Positions 20,809 through 31,883 of a stretch of 45,504 bases of DNA are shown piece by piece. A model generated the notes under the pieces. The model saw nothing but the letters and a program-made list of their open reading frames with translations, made no database searches and was not told where the DNA came from. Made by a program: the position numbers and the translations under genes. How positions within the stretch are numbered: the stretch's first letter is position 1; each line of letters opens with the position of its first letter. Origin of the DNA: Bilabrum cf. latius (taxonomy: Eukaryota); assembly GCA_965178125.1 (NCBI GenBank), contig OZ237765.1, forward strand, positions 806,001-851,504, written 5' to 3'.

Positions 20809-23227
20809 ATGAGACTACTTATTATTGGTAAGCTCGCTGCAAGGATTGCCCTGTTCAGTTGGAGCATTATCGTAAATGACGCGCTCGGCTCTGCCTCAGC
20901 CCACTATATGACTGGTCCTCGCGCGCTTTGACTAGAATTTTTCTTCGCAGGAGTGGCATGTGTAATGCTTTCAGGGCTATCTAGCGTATTCGCTCGCTCC
21001 ACAGAAGGTATGGATTGTGCAGAGCAACGGTTCGGCCTTCAAGCTCATTGGCTGCCAATACCAGAGCCATCTTTGATATTTCCGGCTGTCATTATCATTC
21101 ATTGCAGGAGCCTATGTAACCCCAGAAATTGTAGAAGGCTCTTCATTAGAGTCGTCAGGACAGGCGTAGCATGAGGGTTACTCGATCGAGCAAAAGATGG
21201 CTTATTTGAGGAGATTCTTGTAGCACCACACCAGCGACGCATCAGAAGATGGTACCGAAGCTGACTCGTCGCGTGGTGATGAAAACGTGGAAGACGCCAC
21301 CAGCGCTAGCGCTCGCCCATCAGATATCCACGCTCGCATCGAGCAGGTGAGAGCCAAATTCGATGAAGCGCTGGCTCCCTCGATCGCTATCGACAGTCCA
21401 GAGCCTAGCGTCATCGGCACCGCTGACTAGAACGTGGTTGAGGAGTATGAGGACTCCACTGAAACGAATGACCTCGCTGCCGAGAGCGAGGCGGCACGAG
21501 GGGACGACGAGGCCAACCCCATCGGTGGCGGTGAGGATGATAACGAGGGTGCCGATATGATCGACGACGAGCCCAATGAGTTGCCCGAGTTTGACAACGT
21601 GGGTGAGGATGCCGCCGAGGAGCTTTCCTACACGGAGCACGTCGAGACTCCGGACGAGATCAAGTTCGACGAAGAGGCCACTGAGACGGCCGAGGAGGGC
21701 GCCGATGTGACAGACGACGAGGCCACTGAGACGGCCGAGTTTGCCGAGGAGGGCGCCGATGCCGCCGAGGAGCTTTCCTACACGGAGCATGACGAGACTC
21801 CGGACGAGATCAAGTTCGACGAAGAGGCCACTGAGACGGCCGAGGAGGGCGCCGATGTGACAGACGACGAGGCCACTGAGACGGCCGAGTTTGCCGAGGA
21901 GGGCGCCGATGCCGCCGAGGAGCTTTCCTACACGGAGCATGACGAGACTCCGGACGAGATCAAGTTCGACGAAGAGGCCACTGAGACGGCCGAGGAGGGC
22001 GCCGATGTGACAGACGACGAGGCCACTGAGACGGCCGAGTTTGCCGAGGAGGGCGCCGATGCCGCCGAGGAGCTTTCCTACACGGAGCATGACGAGACTC
22101 CGGACGAGATCAAGTTCGACGAAGAGGCCACTGAGACGGCCGAGGAGGACGCCGATGTGACAGACAATGAGGCGGCTCTGTCCTCGGTGGCCAGCAGTGC
22201 CGAGAAAATGGCTGCCGAGCTGCAGCGCATCGGGTCAAGCAGCGATGCCTCCTCCTCGGCGATGGCTGCTTCTGCAGAGGCCATGAAGGCAGTGGCTGAA
22301 AAGATGGCGGGTGCTGCGGACCGCGCTGTTGCGACCATTGCGCAGGCAGCTGCCCGTGCCCGTGAGAGCCTGACGGAGGCAGCTAATGAGGAAGAGGAGG
22401 CAGCTGCTCGTGCCCGTGAGATCCTGAATAAGTCAGCACATACGGAGGAAGCGGAGGAAGAAGAAGAAGAAGAGGTGGAGGCAGATGCCCCTGAGAGCCC
22501 GAAGGAGCCAGTATATCTGAACGAAGAGGAGGAGGAGGAGGAAGAAGAGGTGGAGGCAGATGCCCCTGAGAGCCCGAAGGAGCCAGTATATCTGAACGAA
22601 GAGGAGGAGGAGGAAGAAGAAGAAGAGGTGGAGGCAGATGCCCCTGAGAGCCCGAAGGAGCCAGTATATCTGAACGAAGAGGAGGAGGAAGAAGAAGAAG
22701 AGGTGGAGGCAGATGCCCCTGAGAGCCCGAAGGAGCCAGTATATCTGAACGAAGAGGAGGAGGAGGAAGAAGAAGAAGAAGAGGTGGAGGCAGATGCCCC
22801 TGAGAGCCCGAAGGAGCCAGTATATCTGAACGAAGAGGAGGAGGAGGAGGAGGAAGAAGAGGAGGGACTGGACGAGGAGGAGGAAGATGAGGAGGAGGGA
22901 CTGGACGAGGAGGAAGAAGAGGAGGGACTGGACGAGGAGGAGGAAGAGGAGGAGGGACTGGACGAGGATGAGGAAGATGAGGAGGAGGGACTGGACGAAG
23001 AAGAGGAGGAGAAATCCACGTTGGCGTTCGAGGAAGATGAAGAGGAGAAAGACGGTGACGCAGAGGGGCCATCAGAGCAGGCCACCGCAGAGGAGTACGG
23101 CGACGAGGAGGACGGTGAGGCCGAGGAGGAAACCGAAGTGGCAGACAGTGGGACTGAGTTGCTGCAGAAGCAGTCAGCGGCCCGAAGCAAAATGATGAGG
23201 CAGCGCTGGCTGCGTGGCTCTGAGTGA
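20809..23227 (+). CDS. Secreted hyperacidic (Glu/Asp-rich) tandem-repeat protein, ~731 aa; exons 20809-20827, 20951-21007, 21108-23227
   Basis: The spliced N-terminus MRLLIIGVACVMLSGLSSVFA-RSTEG is signal-peptide-like. Two phase-1 GT-AG introns. TAGs at 21167, 21221 and 21428; stop TGA at 23225. Confidence 0.8.
20828..20950 (+). other. Spliceosomal intron, 123 nt, phase 1
   Basis: G|GTAAGC ... TTTTTCTTCGCAG|GA; splicing builds a continuous signal peptide. Confidence 0.8.
21008..21107 (+). other. Spliceosomal intron, 100 nt, phase 1
   Basis: G|GTATGG ... CATTCATTGCAG|GA; splicing links into the long acidic frame. Confidence 0.8.
21608..22166 (+). repeat. Coding tandem repeat, 150 bp (50 aa) x ~3.7
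   Basis: Units start at 21608, 21758, 21908 and 22058 and are nearly identical: DAAEELSYTEHDETPDEIKFDEEATETAEEGADVTDDEATETAEFAEEGA. Confidence 0.95.
22445..23010 (+). repeat. Coding repeats: (E)nVEADAPESPKEPVYLN x5, then (E/D)nGLD x5
   Basis: Directly visible; the polyE spacer varies in length between otherwise identical units. Confidence 0.95.
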
Positions 23228-23312
23228 TGTGGAAGTGTGACAGTTGTGGGTTGCAGTCTCAAAGTCTTGCTGGATTAATGTGCACCTGCCTACTGTAGTA
23301 GGTCCTGGCTGG

Positions 23313-23948
23313 TCACTTTGAGCCCCTCCGCTCCACCCCCGCCTCAATATCAACCTCACGAGGTGCAGACCCATCTACCATGCTTCGTGAACCCGGTGAG
23401 CAGCGACCACTAAATGTGCTGGCACCGCTGCCAGTCCGTCCACCAACGGACTGTTGAGCTAGACCTCTCTCTGTTCCACCACTGGCAGTCGGTGAAAGAC
23501 AGCATGCGATCTAAATAGCCTACTTTCCAAAAGATGATACTACCGAGCCATAGGGTTCCAATTGGCGTCGCAAGTACACGAGAAGGACAGTAAGCAGACC
23601 TGACGAAGCAAGAACCACCACTTGGTGTACCGCAACAACATGGTCGAGCTTGCTGGTAGCTTTCCCAATACCAAGCAAACCAAGTGGGATCTTTGATAGA
23701 CCGCTATAGACTCCGGCAAACGCCAGTGCTGGGCTGCCAAACAAAACACCAGAGATGGAAAGTGCCCACGCGAGAGCGAGAACTCCATATGAGCTCAGCA
23801 GTTGGATTCCGCAGCAGTGATGCCAGGCATGCTATAGCATCGACATGCAAACGAGTGCTCCTGCCAACTGCCATCTCTGCTGAATGGAAATCCTCAGCAG
23901 ATAAGCAAGCACACCCCAAACAATAACCTCCCGAATCAGGTCGATCAT
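23313..23948 (-). CDS. Hypothetical multi-pass membrane protein, ~211 aa
   Basis: MIDLIREVIVWGVLAYLL...LAGALVCMSML*HAWHH...YGVLALAWALSISGVLFG...VVVLASSGLLTVLLVYLRR, followed by a polar tail ending EVDIEAGVERRGSK. TAGs at 23832, 23520 and 23511; stop TGA at 23313. Visible only with TAG readthrough. Confidence 0.7.
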
Positions 23949-24176
23949 GATATTGGCAGCGGCTACGCAAGATTTTAGGTCAAAATATAATAGGCCGGCA
24001 TGCTTGGGATGCTCAACTTGCCTGTGGCGGCATGCCTGCACTTGTCGTTTCGTCTGAACCGGAAATAAATTCCCCAAAAGCACAAGCACGGCACTGCATC
24101 AGGAATTTGGACCCCGCAAGGTTGTTTAACTCTGATGCAAAATGTGATCATCCCGCTGTTCACTTCTGATATTCAA

Positions 24177-27100
24177 TTACTTGACGCCGCCACGCCGACT
24201 CCGTCCGCGTCGCCCAGTGCCAATCTTGGAGGCCGATGAAGCGGGCCCTTCAGAACCCTCGCTTCGGCCCGAAGTGGCCCCTGGTTCCCCGGGAGGCGCC
24301 CAGTCCCGTCCACTACCATCAACATCGGAGGACCCTCGATTTGTTTCCCTGTTCGACGCGGACTCGTCCTCGTCCTTCCGCTCCAAAGCCCCTCCCACGA
24401 CTGCCTCCTGCTCCTGCTCCTCCTCCTGCTCCTGCTCCTTGCCGAAGGATGCCGCAGTGCCGAGGCCATGCCCGGCCGCGCCGCCGTTCCTGACCCCCGC
24501 ATGCCCATTCCTACTTAAAAATTCACCGCCAGCGCCATTGCCATTACCACTACTGGCCATTGCTGGGCCCCGGCCTGCACGGCCACTGCCACTGCCACTG
24601 CCACTGCCACTGCCACTGCCACTGCCACTGCCACTGCCACTGCCACTACCAGAGGCAGAGGTGGGACTCAGCCCCCCGCGTTCCACCGATGCTCCGGAAG
24701 GCCCCTCCCGGGGTGTAGAGCCCCCGGAGAGAGAGGTGCGGGAATGAGACCCGCTGCTGGAAGCTGCAAGCTTGCGCCCAGGGACCGACACACTGCCAGC
24801 ACTGGATCCTGCACCGGCCTCCGGAGCCGAGGGCCCGTGAGACTCTGCGTGCTCACCCCTGCGCTTGAGTGGCGGCTGCACCACGAGACTGGCGGCAGTG
24901 CGGCTTGCTGCAAGTGTGTGCGGGGATGCATGGCTCTTCGCGGCACGGCGCGGGGGGCCCTGAGGCGCGGGTGCCCTTGGCGAGTGGCTCGCGGGAGGGG
25001 CTGTGGATGCCAGCGGGGGCTCCTAAGACGGTGCGGGGGAAGTCGCCGCTGCCCCAACCCCTGCTCCTGCATCTGCTCCTGTTCTTGCTCTTGCGCCTGC
25101 TCTTGCCCCTGCTCGCGAAGGGGAGGCGCGCCGAGGTCTTGGGGGGGTGGAAGGCGTACCTGACGAGGAAGAGGAGGAGGGGGGGGGCCTCCCAGTGAGG
25201 ATACCGCCGTCTATCGTGACATCGCCCCCCGAGCCTGCTGCTCCTGCCGAGCCGGCTGATGCCCCCACCCCAGCACCGACCGGCAGCAGGCTCGGAAGCG
25301 ACCCCGACACGCCACCACCGAGCTTGGACGCCCCCGCCCCCGCCCCCGCCTGCCGCTCCCTCGCTGCTGCCCTCTCCAGCGCCCACTCCCGGTCCCGTCT
25401 CGGTGAGGGCCCCACTGCACGACCGGGCCCCGTCGGTGCCCTGCTCCCGGAGTCCATAAAGTCCATTTCTGTCTGCATTTCCCCAGCGCCCCCGCTGTCC
25501 TGCCGAAAGAAAGCAGCCTGTGCGCCTTGCATCCCCACTGCCCGCGCTGCAGCAGAACCCGCCCCAGCGCTTGAAGCGGCCCCGGGGCGCCGCTGCACCG
25601 GCGCGGGCTGCGCGACGGAGTGCCCCGCCCGCACGTGCGGCGAGGGCCTGGGGTCGAAGAGAGACACCCCGGGGCCCGCCAGTTCCATGGCTGCCGCAGT
25701 GGGGGAGGCCGAGTGGCCCCTGCTCGCCCCCTGTTTGACCACCTCCACGGGGGAGCTGCGCCTGGAGGCGAAGGGAGACGGCGGGCTCTGCAGTGGAGCG
25801 CCAGTGCCCCACGCCTCCTCATGCCAGCCGCCACCACCAGCGCCTCGGCGCACCGCACTCCCAGCTGGCAGGGCTGCGGCCGGGCCCCTGGGAGCGTCCC
25901 AGTCCACAAGCCCCCAGCCCCCAACCGCCCCGGCCCCGGCACCGGGGCTACCTCTCGGATCCGGCCGCATGGCCGCGTACCGGTCCGCGGCCGCAGTGGC
26001 CCCGTGGGAGGTGGCAGAGCGAGCCTGTGCATGCGCAGCGAATGCGCCCGCCACCTGACCCGAAGGGCCCCCGACCGCGTGTGCAGCGCCCAGCTGGGGC
26101 CGGCGGGTCGCCACGTTCTCCTGCCCGCGCCCGAACGCAGCGCCGGCCCCTTCCACCCCTCCTGTCCTTCCGCGCGATCGCGCGCTGCGGCTGCGACTCG
26201 CGCCCGCCACTGAAGACCCGGAGTCATATCCGTTGACCAGCTGGTGGGCAGACCCGAGGCCCTCCTCCCTCGCGAGCGAAGAGGCGCCGGCCTCGCTGGC
26301 AGGGGACGCTCGGCTGCGGGCTCCGCTGCCGGCCGACCGGCGCCCATCGGGCACGGGGGACAGGCCCCGAGGACTGCTGGACGCAGTGCCTGCCATGGGC
26401 CTCGCAGCACGCTCGGCGGCCTCTGGCAGCTCGCCCTGCCCCTGCCTGAGAAAGGAGCCGCGCTAGCTGCTGCGGGCCGGGCCAGCCACCGGCAGGTCGT
26501 GCAGCGGCCCATCGTCCGAGTGGCGAGTGCCCGGTGCGGCTCCGAACGCTCGCGCGGCGTGCACCCTAGGCGTCTCCCTCGTGCCAGCCAGCGTGCGGCG
26601 CGCGGAGGGATACTCTTCTGCGGGCGCGCTCCACCGCGCCTTCTTGCCCTGTCCCGTGGACCGCCAGACCCCCTCCATGTCCATGCCTGCCTCGTCCTAG
26701 TCCTCGTCCTCGGTCATATCGCCCCCGTGCAGACCCTCTCTATGCCTGGGCGGCAGCTGGGAAGCGCGTACGATGTCGTGCGCCTCCACGCCTACGACTG
26801 CGTCCCGCCAGGCATCCAGGCCCCCGAGTTGCGGATCCGATGTGCCCACCGATGCCCCGGCAGCCCCCAGCGCCGGGGCGCCTTGCACTCGCCTGGCCAC
26901 GTTGTCTGCCGCTCCACGGGGGGGCTCCTCGGTCGACCCAGCCCGGGTACTTTGCGCGCGTACAGCCGCGCGGTAGCTGGGCATGGCCCTGGGCAGGCCC
27001 TCCCTATGCCTATTTCCCCGCACCATGCGCAGCCTTGAGACCTTGCTGCGGCGGGGGCTCTCGCTGCGGACGAAGGAGGGGAATCGCCCGCGCCGATTGC

Positions 27101-28895
27101 CGCCTCGGGTGCTGCTGCTCTGGGAGCTCCCTTCCCCGCCCCACGACTCGGCCGCTCGAGAAGAGGCCGGACCACGCCTCGAGGGCGCGGCAGCTTGCCG
27201 GTTCTACCTGTCTCTAGCGTCCTTTCGCTTGAACACGCGTCCCTCCAAGTCAGGTGCCCCCCTCGGCGGCCCCATCACGCCGAACCCTCGCCCCTGCTGC
27301 AGAGGATCCTCGTCCCCGTGTGACTGAGGCTGCTGCCGCTGCCGCTGCTGCTGCTGCGAGTACTGATCTTCTTGGCGCTGGCCATGCCCGCGGCCCCGCC
27401 TCTTCCTGCTGCGGCCGTTGGACCCTGCCCGCTCCCCCTCGACCTCCTCCCACGGTCCACCTGCTGCGTGTGCCTCAGGCCCCCGCTCATGCTTCTGCTC
27501 CTGCTCCTGCTCCTCCCCCACCACGCGCCACTGCCCCTCAAAGCCATTTTTCTCTCCTCTACCATCCCTTGTCCCCCCCTCCCGCATGCCCGCCTCTTCG
27601 ATGCCCCAGCTCTGCATCTGGTGCAGCCCGGCAAGCCCCGAACGGCTCCCCGCCTCCCTGGCAGCCCGGGCCGCGTCATGCATGGACACCGCCTGCCCCG
27701 GCGAGACGCCGTCCATTCCCCGCTGGCTCGCGACAACGACCTCCTATCGGTCCCCGGCTGCATCCTCCGCCAGCTCTTCTTCCTGCGACTCCTCCTCGAG
27801 CGCCCTCCACGCCGCCTTGGGCAGAGATCGGAGCCTCGCCGCAACTGCCAGCACCTCCAGCGGGGACACCTCACCGACTACACGCCGGTGCTAGGGCTTG
27901 GTGCTAGCACTTGCACCTGCCTGACTCTTCTCTGCTAGCCACTGGGCGCGCAGAGCCGCTCGGGTACTCACCTCCGCAGGCTACTGTGCCCTGGCTCTTG
28001 CCCTGCCGGCAGCCGCCACCACAGCCTGGGCCATCCTGAGAAGAGCCCTGCCCGCCTCCGAGGTGGGCAACGCATCGCCTCCCGACAGGCAAGGGACCGG
28101 TCGGAAATGTCTCCTTTTCCCGGGCCCTGCTTGGGCGCTGCCCAGCTGCACCGGGCGGCCGCGGGGCCGTGCCGCCTGTGGCGCTGCGCCGGCATCCAGC
28201 ATGCCAGTGTGCAGGCCCCGCGCCCCCCTCGCCCGCGATGCTCGACCCCCTCCCGCTCCCCCCAGCGAGTGCACAGATCGCCCCGCGACCGACCCGGCGT
28301 ACGAACTCGCCCCCTTCGGCCCGCCCCCCACCCTAGACGGCGATGAGCCCCTGAGTTTGCGCATGAGTGCCACAGGCAGCGCAATGAGGCCCTGTGTCAG
28401 CGGGCCCTCGGGCAGCACGGCCACTGTCGTGTGGCACTGCCGGCAGCACCAGCACCTGTCCCCACTGGGGACCAGCCGCTGGCCTCCACTTGCCGCTGGA
28501 TGCCTCGAGGAGGAGGAGGACGAGGACGAGTACACGACGGCTTGCTGCAGGTGCTGGGGCCCGCTCGCACCCGCCCCTGAGCCCGAGCCGTGCATGCTGC
28601 AATGGCGCCTATGAGCCATCATGACTGCCAAGTCACGCGCGATGTAGGGCGAGGACGAAGAGGACTTGGCTCTGCGCCAGGGGTCCGTTGAGCCCTGAAC
28701 AGCGTGGGAATCGCCTGTGGACGTTCGTGCGGGCAGAGCCAGGCCGCGCAAGTCTTTCGGTGCTAGCACCAGGACAACTGGATCGGCTGGAACGCACGCT
28801 TGCAAACAAATGGGGCTGGCATGGCACCGACAGCGAACCTCAACCCAGACCCTCGGCTGCGACTGGACCAAATCATGCTAAAAAGGTCTAATCAT
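24177..28895 (-). CDS. Large low-complexity (G/S/A/R-rich), probably disordered hypothetical protein, ~1570 aa; 5' exon structure uncertain
   Basis: Seven listed ORFs lie in one frame, joined by TAGs at 28878, 27981, 27891, 27744, 27204, 26697, 26463 and 25023. Stop is TAA at 24177. The frame is open upstream to TAA 29130, and possible introns near 28.8-29.1 kb are unresolved. Confidence 0.7.
24583..24648 (-). repeat. (CCACTG)10 hexamer microsatellite encoding poly(Gly-Ser)
   Basis: Ten perfect units plus one variant, inside the CDS. Confidence 0.95.
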
Positions 28896-29550
28896 GCTAG
28901 GGACCTTCCCAACGCAAATAGAATTAAGTTGGTTATAGTAGTATTCCTCCAGTCGTCTGTCGGTAACTCTAGTAACGCTGCGATGCAGAAAAGTACCAAG
29001 GGATGAGTTTGGTGAGTCTGCGTTCAGATCGGTGTACCCCTTGCATGCACCCTGAAATGCACGGCTCGACAAACCACTTCGACTAGAATCGGAACGGCAA
29101 CGACTGCGAACTATGAGGCATTTCACTACTTAATTCGAGCCAGCCTCGCCTCTTCCATAAATCTGTGATGCAACTGAACGTCTCACCTGGTAACTTCTCC
29201 AAGCTGCACACCGGGCCATGTGCATTTATAAAATTCACCAAGCTAAAGCCTATGACCGGGACTGGAGCTAAACAAGGTGCCCATGTTACCTAGTACGCGG
29301 CACGAAGTCCAGGCGAGGGGCGCTGCAAGCCCTGCGACTCTCTGATCGATACACCACCACTACTGCGGGAGACACTCCCTGAATATCTGTTTTGTGACAC
29401 AAAACGATAAATGGGGGCCACCGCGAGGCCTGTAATCCACGATACAGGGCAAAATCTGGAACCCCATGTTTTTGCGACCTAAACGACATTTGGTTACAAC
29501 CGCTGTTCAGGTTCGTTGCGGCACCTCGCTGTTTGCAAATTAAGGCTAAT

Positions 29551-30327
29551 ATGGACAAGGAACTCGATGACTTATTGGCTGAACTTGGTAGTGTGACTTC
29601 AGACTCGCCGATTCCTGCTGGAATCACCAGACCGGACGAAAAGGCCCCGATGCCACCGTCCTTACCGCAAGCTCCTGCTGGCAAGTTTCAGTTAGCTCCC
29701 ACCAGCTCCTCCAGATCGGTGAGGGTCGATAGAGACGATGCAGGATATGGTACGGGTGCCTCTGCTGGAATGGTCGGTTCAGGTGTTGGCGTTTAGCCAC
29801 CATCGAAGGCCAAAGGAGGTGACGATGTGGACGGGCTGCTTGCCGAGCTTCGGGGTGTTGATACTGATATCCCGGAGCCTGCACCCTCCAAAGCATCATC
29901 AGGCTCATCGGGCTCAGATCTGCAAGCAGCAAGATCAAGTGCACCAGCTAGCATGCGAAGCAGACGCATCGAGCTCAGGGCAGACCGGGACACTGGCAAG
30001 CAGCTCCACTGCCTATCGTGTGATATGGGTGTAATCCGAATCAAAGATAGCAGATGGTCCCCTGCATCAGAATACATGCATTTTCGCGAGAATCACCCAG
30101 ACACTCGAAAGCTAGCTCAAGGAGGTATGTTGCTGCAAAGCGCTGGCTGGGCCGCGTTCTGCTGCTAGTGCTCATGGATCAGCTTAAGACCATAGAGCGA
30201 AGCTGCTTCTGCTGCATCCGGTCTTGTCGACGCGTCCGGGGTTCCGCACGAAGCTGAGTCTCCTGCTGTGCTTCGGTCAGCGACCGGTGCGTCCACCGCC
30301 CTGGGAACCAAGTTCAGGTGGGTGTAA
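29551..30327 (+). CDS. CFAP418: Cilia- and flagella-associated protein 418 (C8orf37 homolog), ~258 aa
   Basis: MDKELDDLLAEL N-terminus. LHCLSCDMGVIRIKDSRWSPASEYMHFRENHPDTRKL...AAFCC*CSW...FRWV matches the family pattern LRCxxCDFxV..W...DYLFFRNNxP...AYACQCSW...LRWV. TAGs at 29794, 30166 and 30193; stop TAA at 30325. Confidence 0.9.
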
Positions 30328-30412
30328 GGAGCTGTGAGAGGGCTGTTCATTGAAATCAAAAGTGTCGTTTATGGATCAGGTTCGCCAACATATCACACAA
30401 ACCCGTTGACCC

Positions 30413-31693
30413 TCACCCAGGTCCCCACTCCTTGTCCCTGCTCGCCCTCCCCGAGGACCGTCTCCTCCCACTGGCACTGCGACTGCCTCTCTCCTTCTTG
30501 CGGCCACTCGTCACAGCCTCTGCCTCCTTCTGCCATCGGATATTCCTGCGCCTCAGTCGCCGCGCCTCGGCCTCCATCCTCTCCAGAAACGTGGTGCCCT
30601 CCCACCGGGAGGAGAACCGTCCGTCGGGGTCTGGGTTCAGCACAGGCCTAAATGTGCACTCGGGGTCCAACTGCCCGCGCCCCGCCGCCAGCTCCCGCCT
30701 CCGCTCCCGCATGCCCTCTACCTGTTCCTCCAGCCGCCCCAGGAAATCCTCCCGCACGTCCTCCCACAGCATGCGCCCGCCCCCGGACACACGGGAGGAC
30801 CCGCCATCCAGCCCACCGCCCTTGCGGCCTACTGCTCCCCCCCCTGCTTCCTCCTCGCCATCACCCGGGCCCCCAACCCTCACCTCCACAAAGGACTTCG
30901 AGTCCCTGTCCCAAACCACCCGTCGCGGAGCAGTGGCCTCCCTCAGCAGCGCCTCTTTCTCCTCCCTCAGCCGCTGCTCTCGCCGCCTCTCAAAGGCGCG
31001 CTGCCGCTCGAAGAAATCAGAACTGGACTTGGCCCACGAGGCGGGCGTGGACGAGCCTGGGCCGCTGGGCCGTCCCGGGGCGCGGCTGGCCGCGCGTTGC
31101 TCCCTCTCCTGCTGGTCGCGGGCTTCCTCAAGGTTCCGCTCGCGGCGCCGCAGAAGCGCTTCCTGCCGCTTGAAGAAGTCCTCGCCCCCACCACTGCCGC
31201 CGCCCCCTGCTTTTGCACGCAGAGCAGCTCCCGAGCGTGGCAGCTAAGGGCGAAATGTGCACTGCATGCGGTCGCTGTCTTTTGAGAAAATCTCTTGTCG
31301 GGGGCCGCGCCTGCCTTTGGGATGCTCGGGGCCAAGCTCGTGCCGTACCGGCGTCGCCAGGCGCTCCCAGAACGCTAATGGTGCCGTGGATTTCTTCTTT
31401 TTGGCAGATCGCCGTGTTGGTGTTCGAGTTGCAGTAGCGCCTGCCCTGCCTGAGCGAGCAGATTGAGAGCCGGATGCTCTCGCAGCCTCTTTCCGCGCTT
31501 CATGACTTCGCTCCATAGCCTCTGCCATCCGCCTCTAACTTTTTCCTAATCTTGAATTCTATTTTGAAGGTTTCTAGTGTCTCCTTCCGCGATTTCTGGA
31601 TAACCGCATCGGCCGACGGGGCTCGTCGAAGTCTAGCATGCCAAGATCAGCTACGCCAAAGTAACGCTTGTCCGAGTTTCCGGTACTCTCCAT
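30413..31693 (-). CDS. Hypothetical charged/coiled-coil protein with two CTFRP motifs, ~426 aa
   Basis: ATG at 31693 (MESTGNSDKR). TAGs at 31574, 31559, 31535 and 31244. Repeated motifs QCTFRP*L / ECTFRPVL and DFFKRQ / DFFERQ / DFLGRL / TFLERM. Stop is TGA at 30413. Confidence 0.75.
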
Positions 31694-31883
31694 AACGAAT
31701 GCAACAGCACGGTGCAAGGGATTAAGTGGAGGTTTTGTGTGCCACCTAGCCACAGCACTCTCGCGCCTCCCGTCCGTTGAGCCGCTGGAAGTTCCGGTAA
31801 TGCTTGGCCGACGCGACCAACAGCAACAGGCCTGCAACAGGCCCCATTCCCTAGATGATACTTCCCAGCAAGCGACTCTTGCG

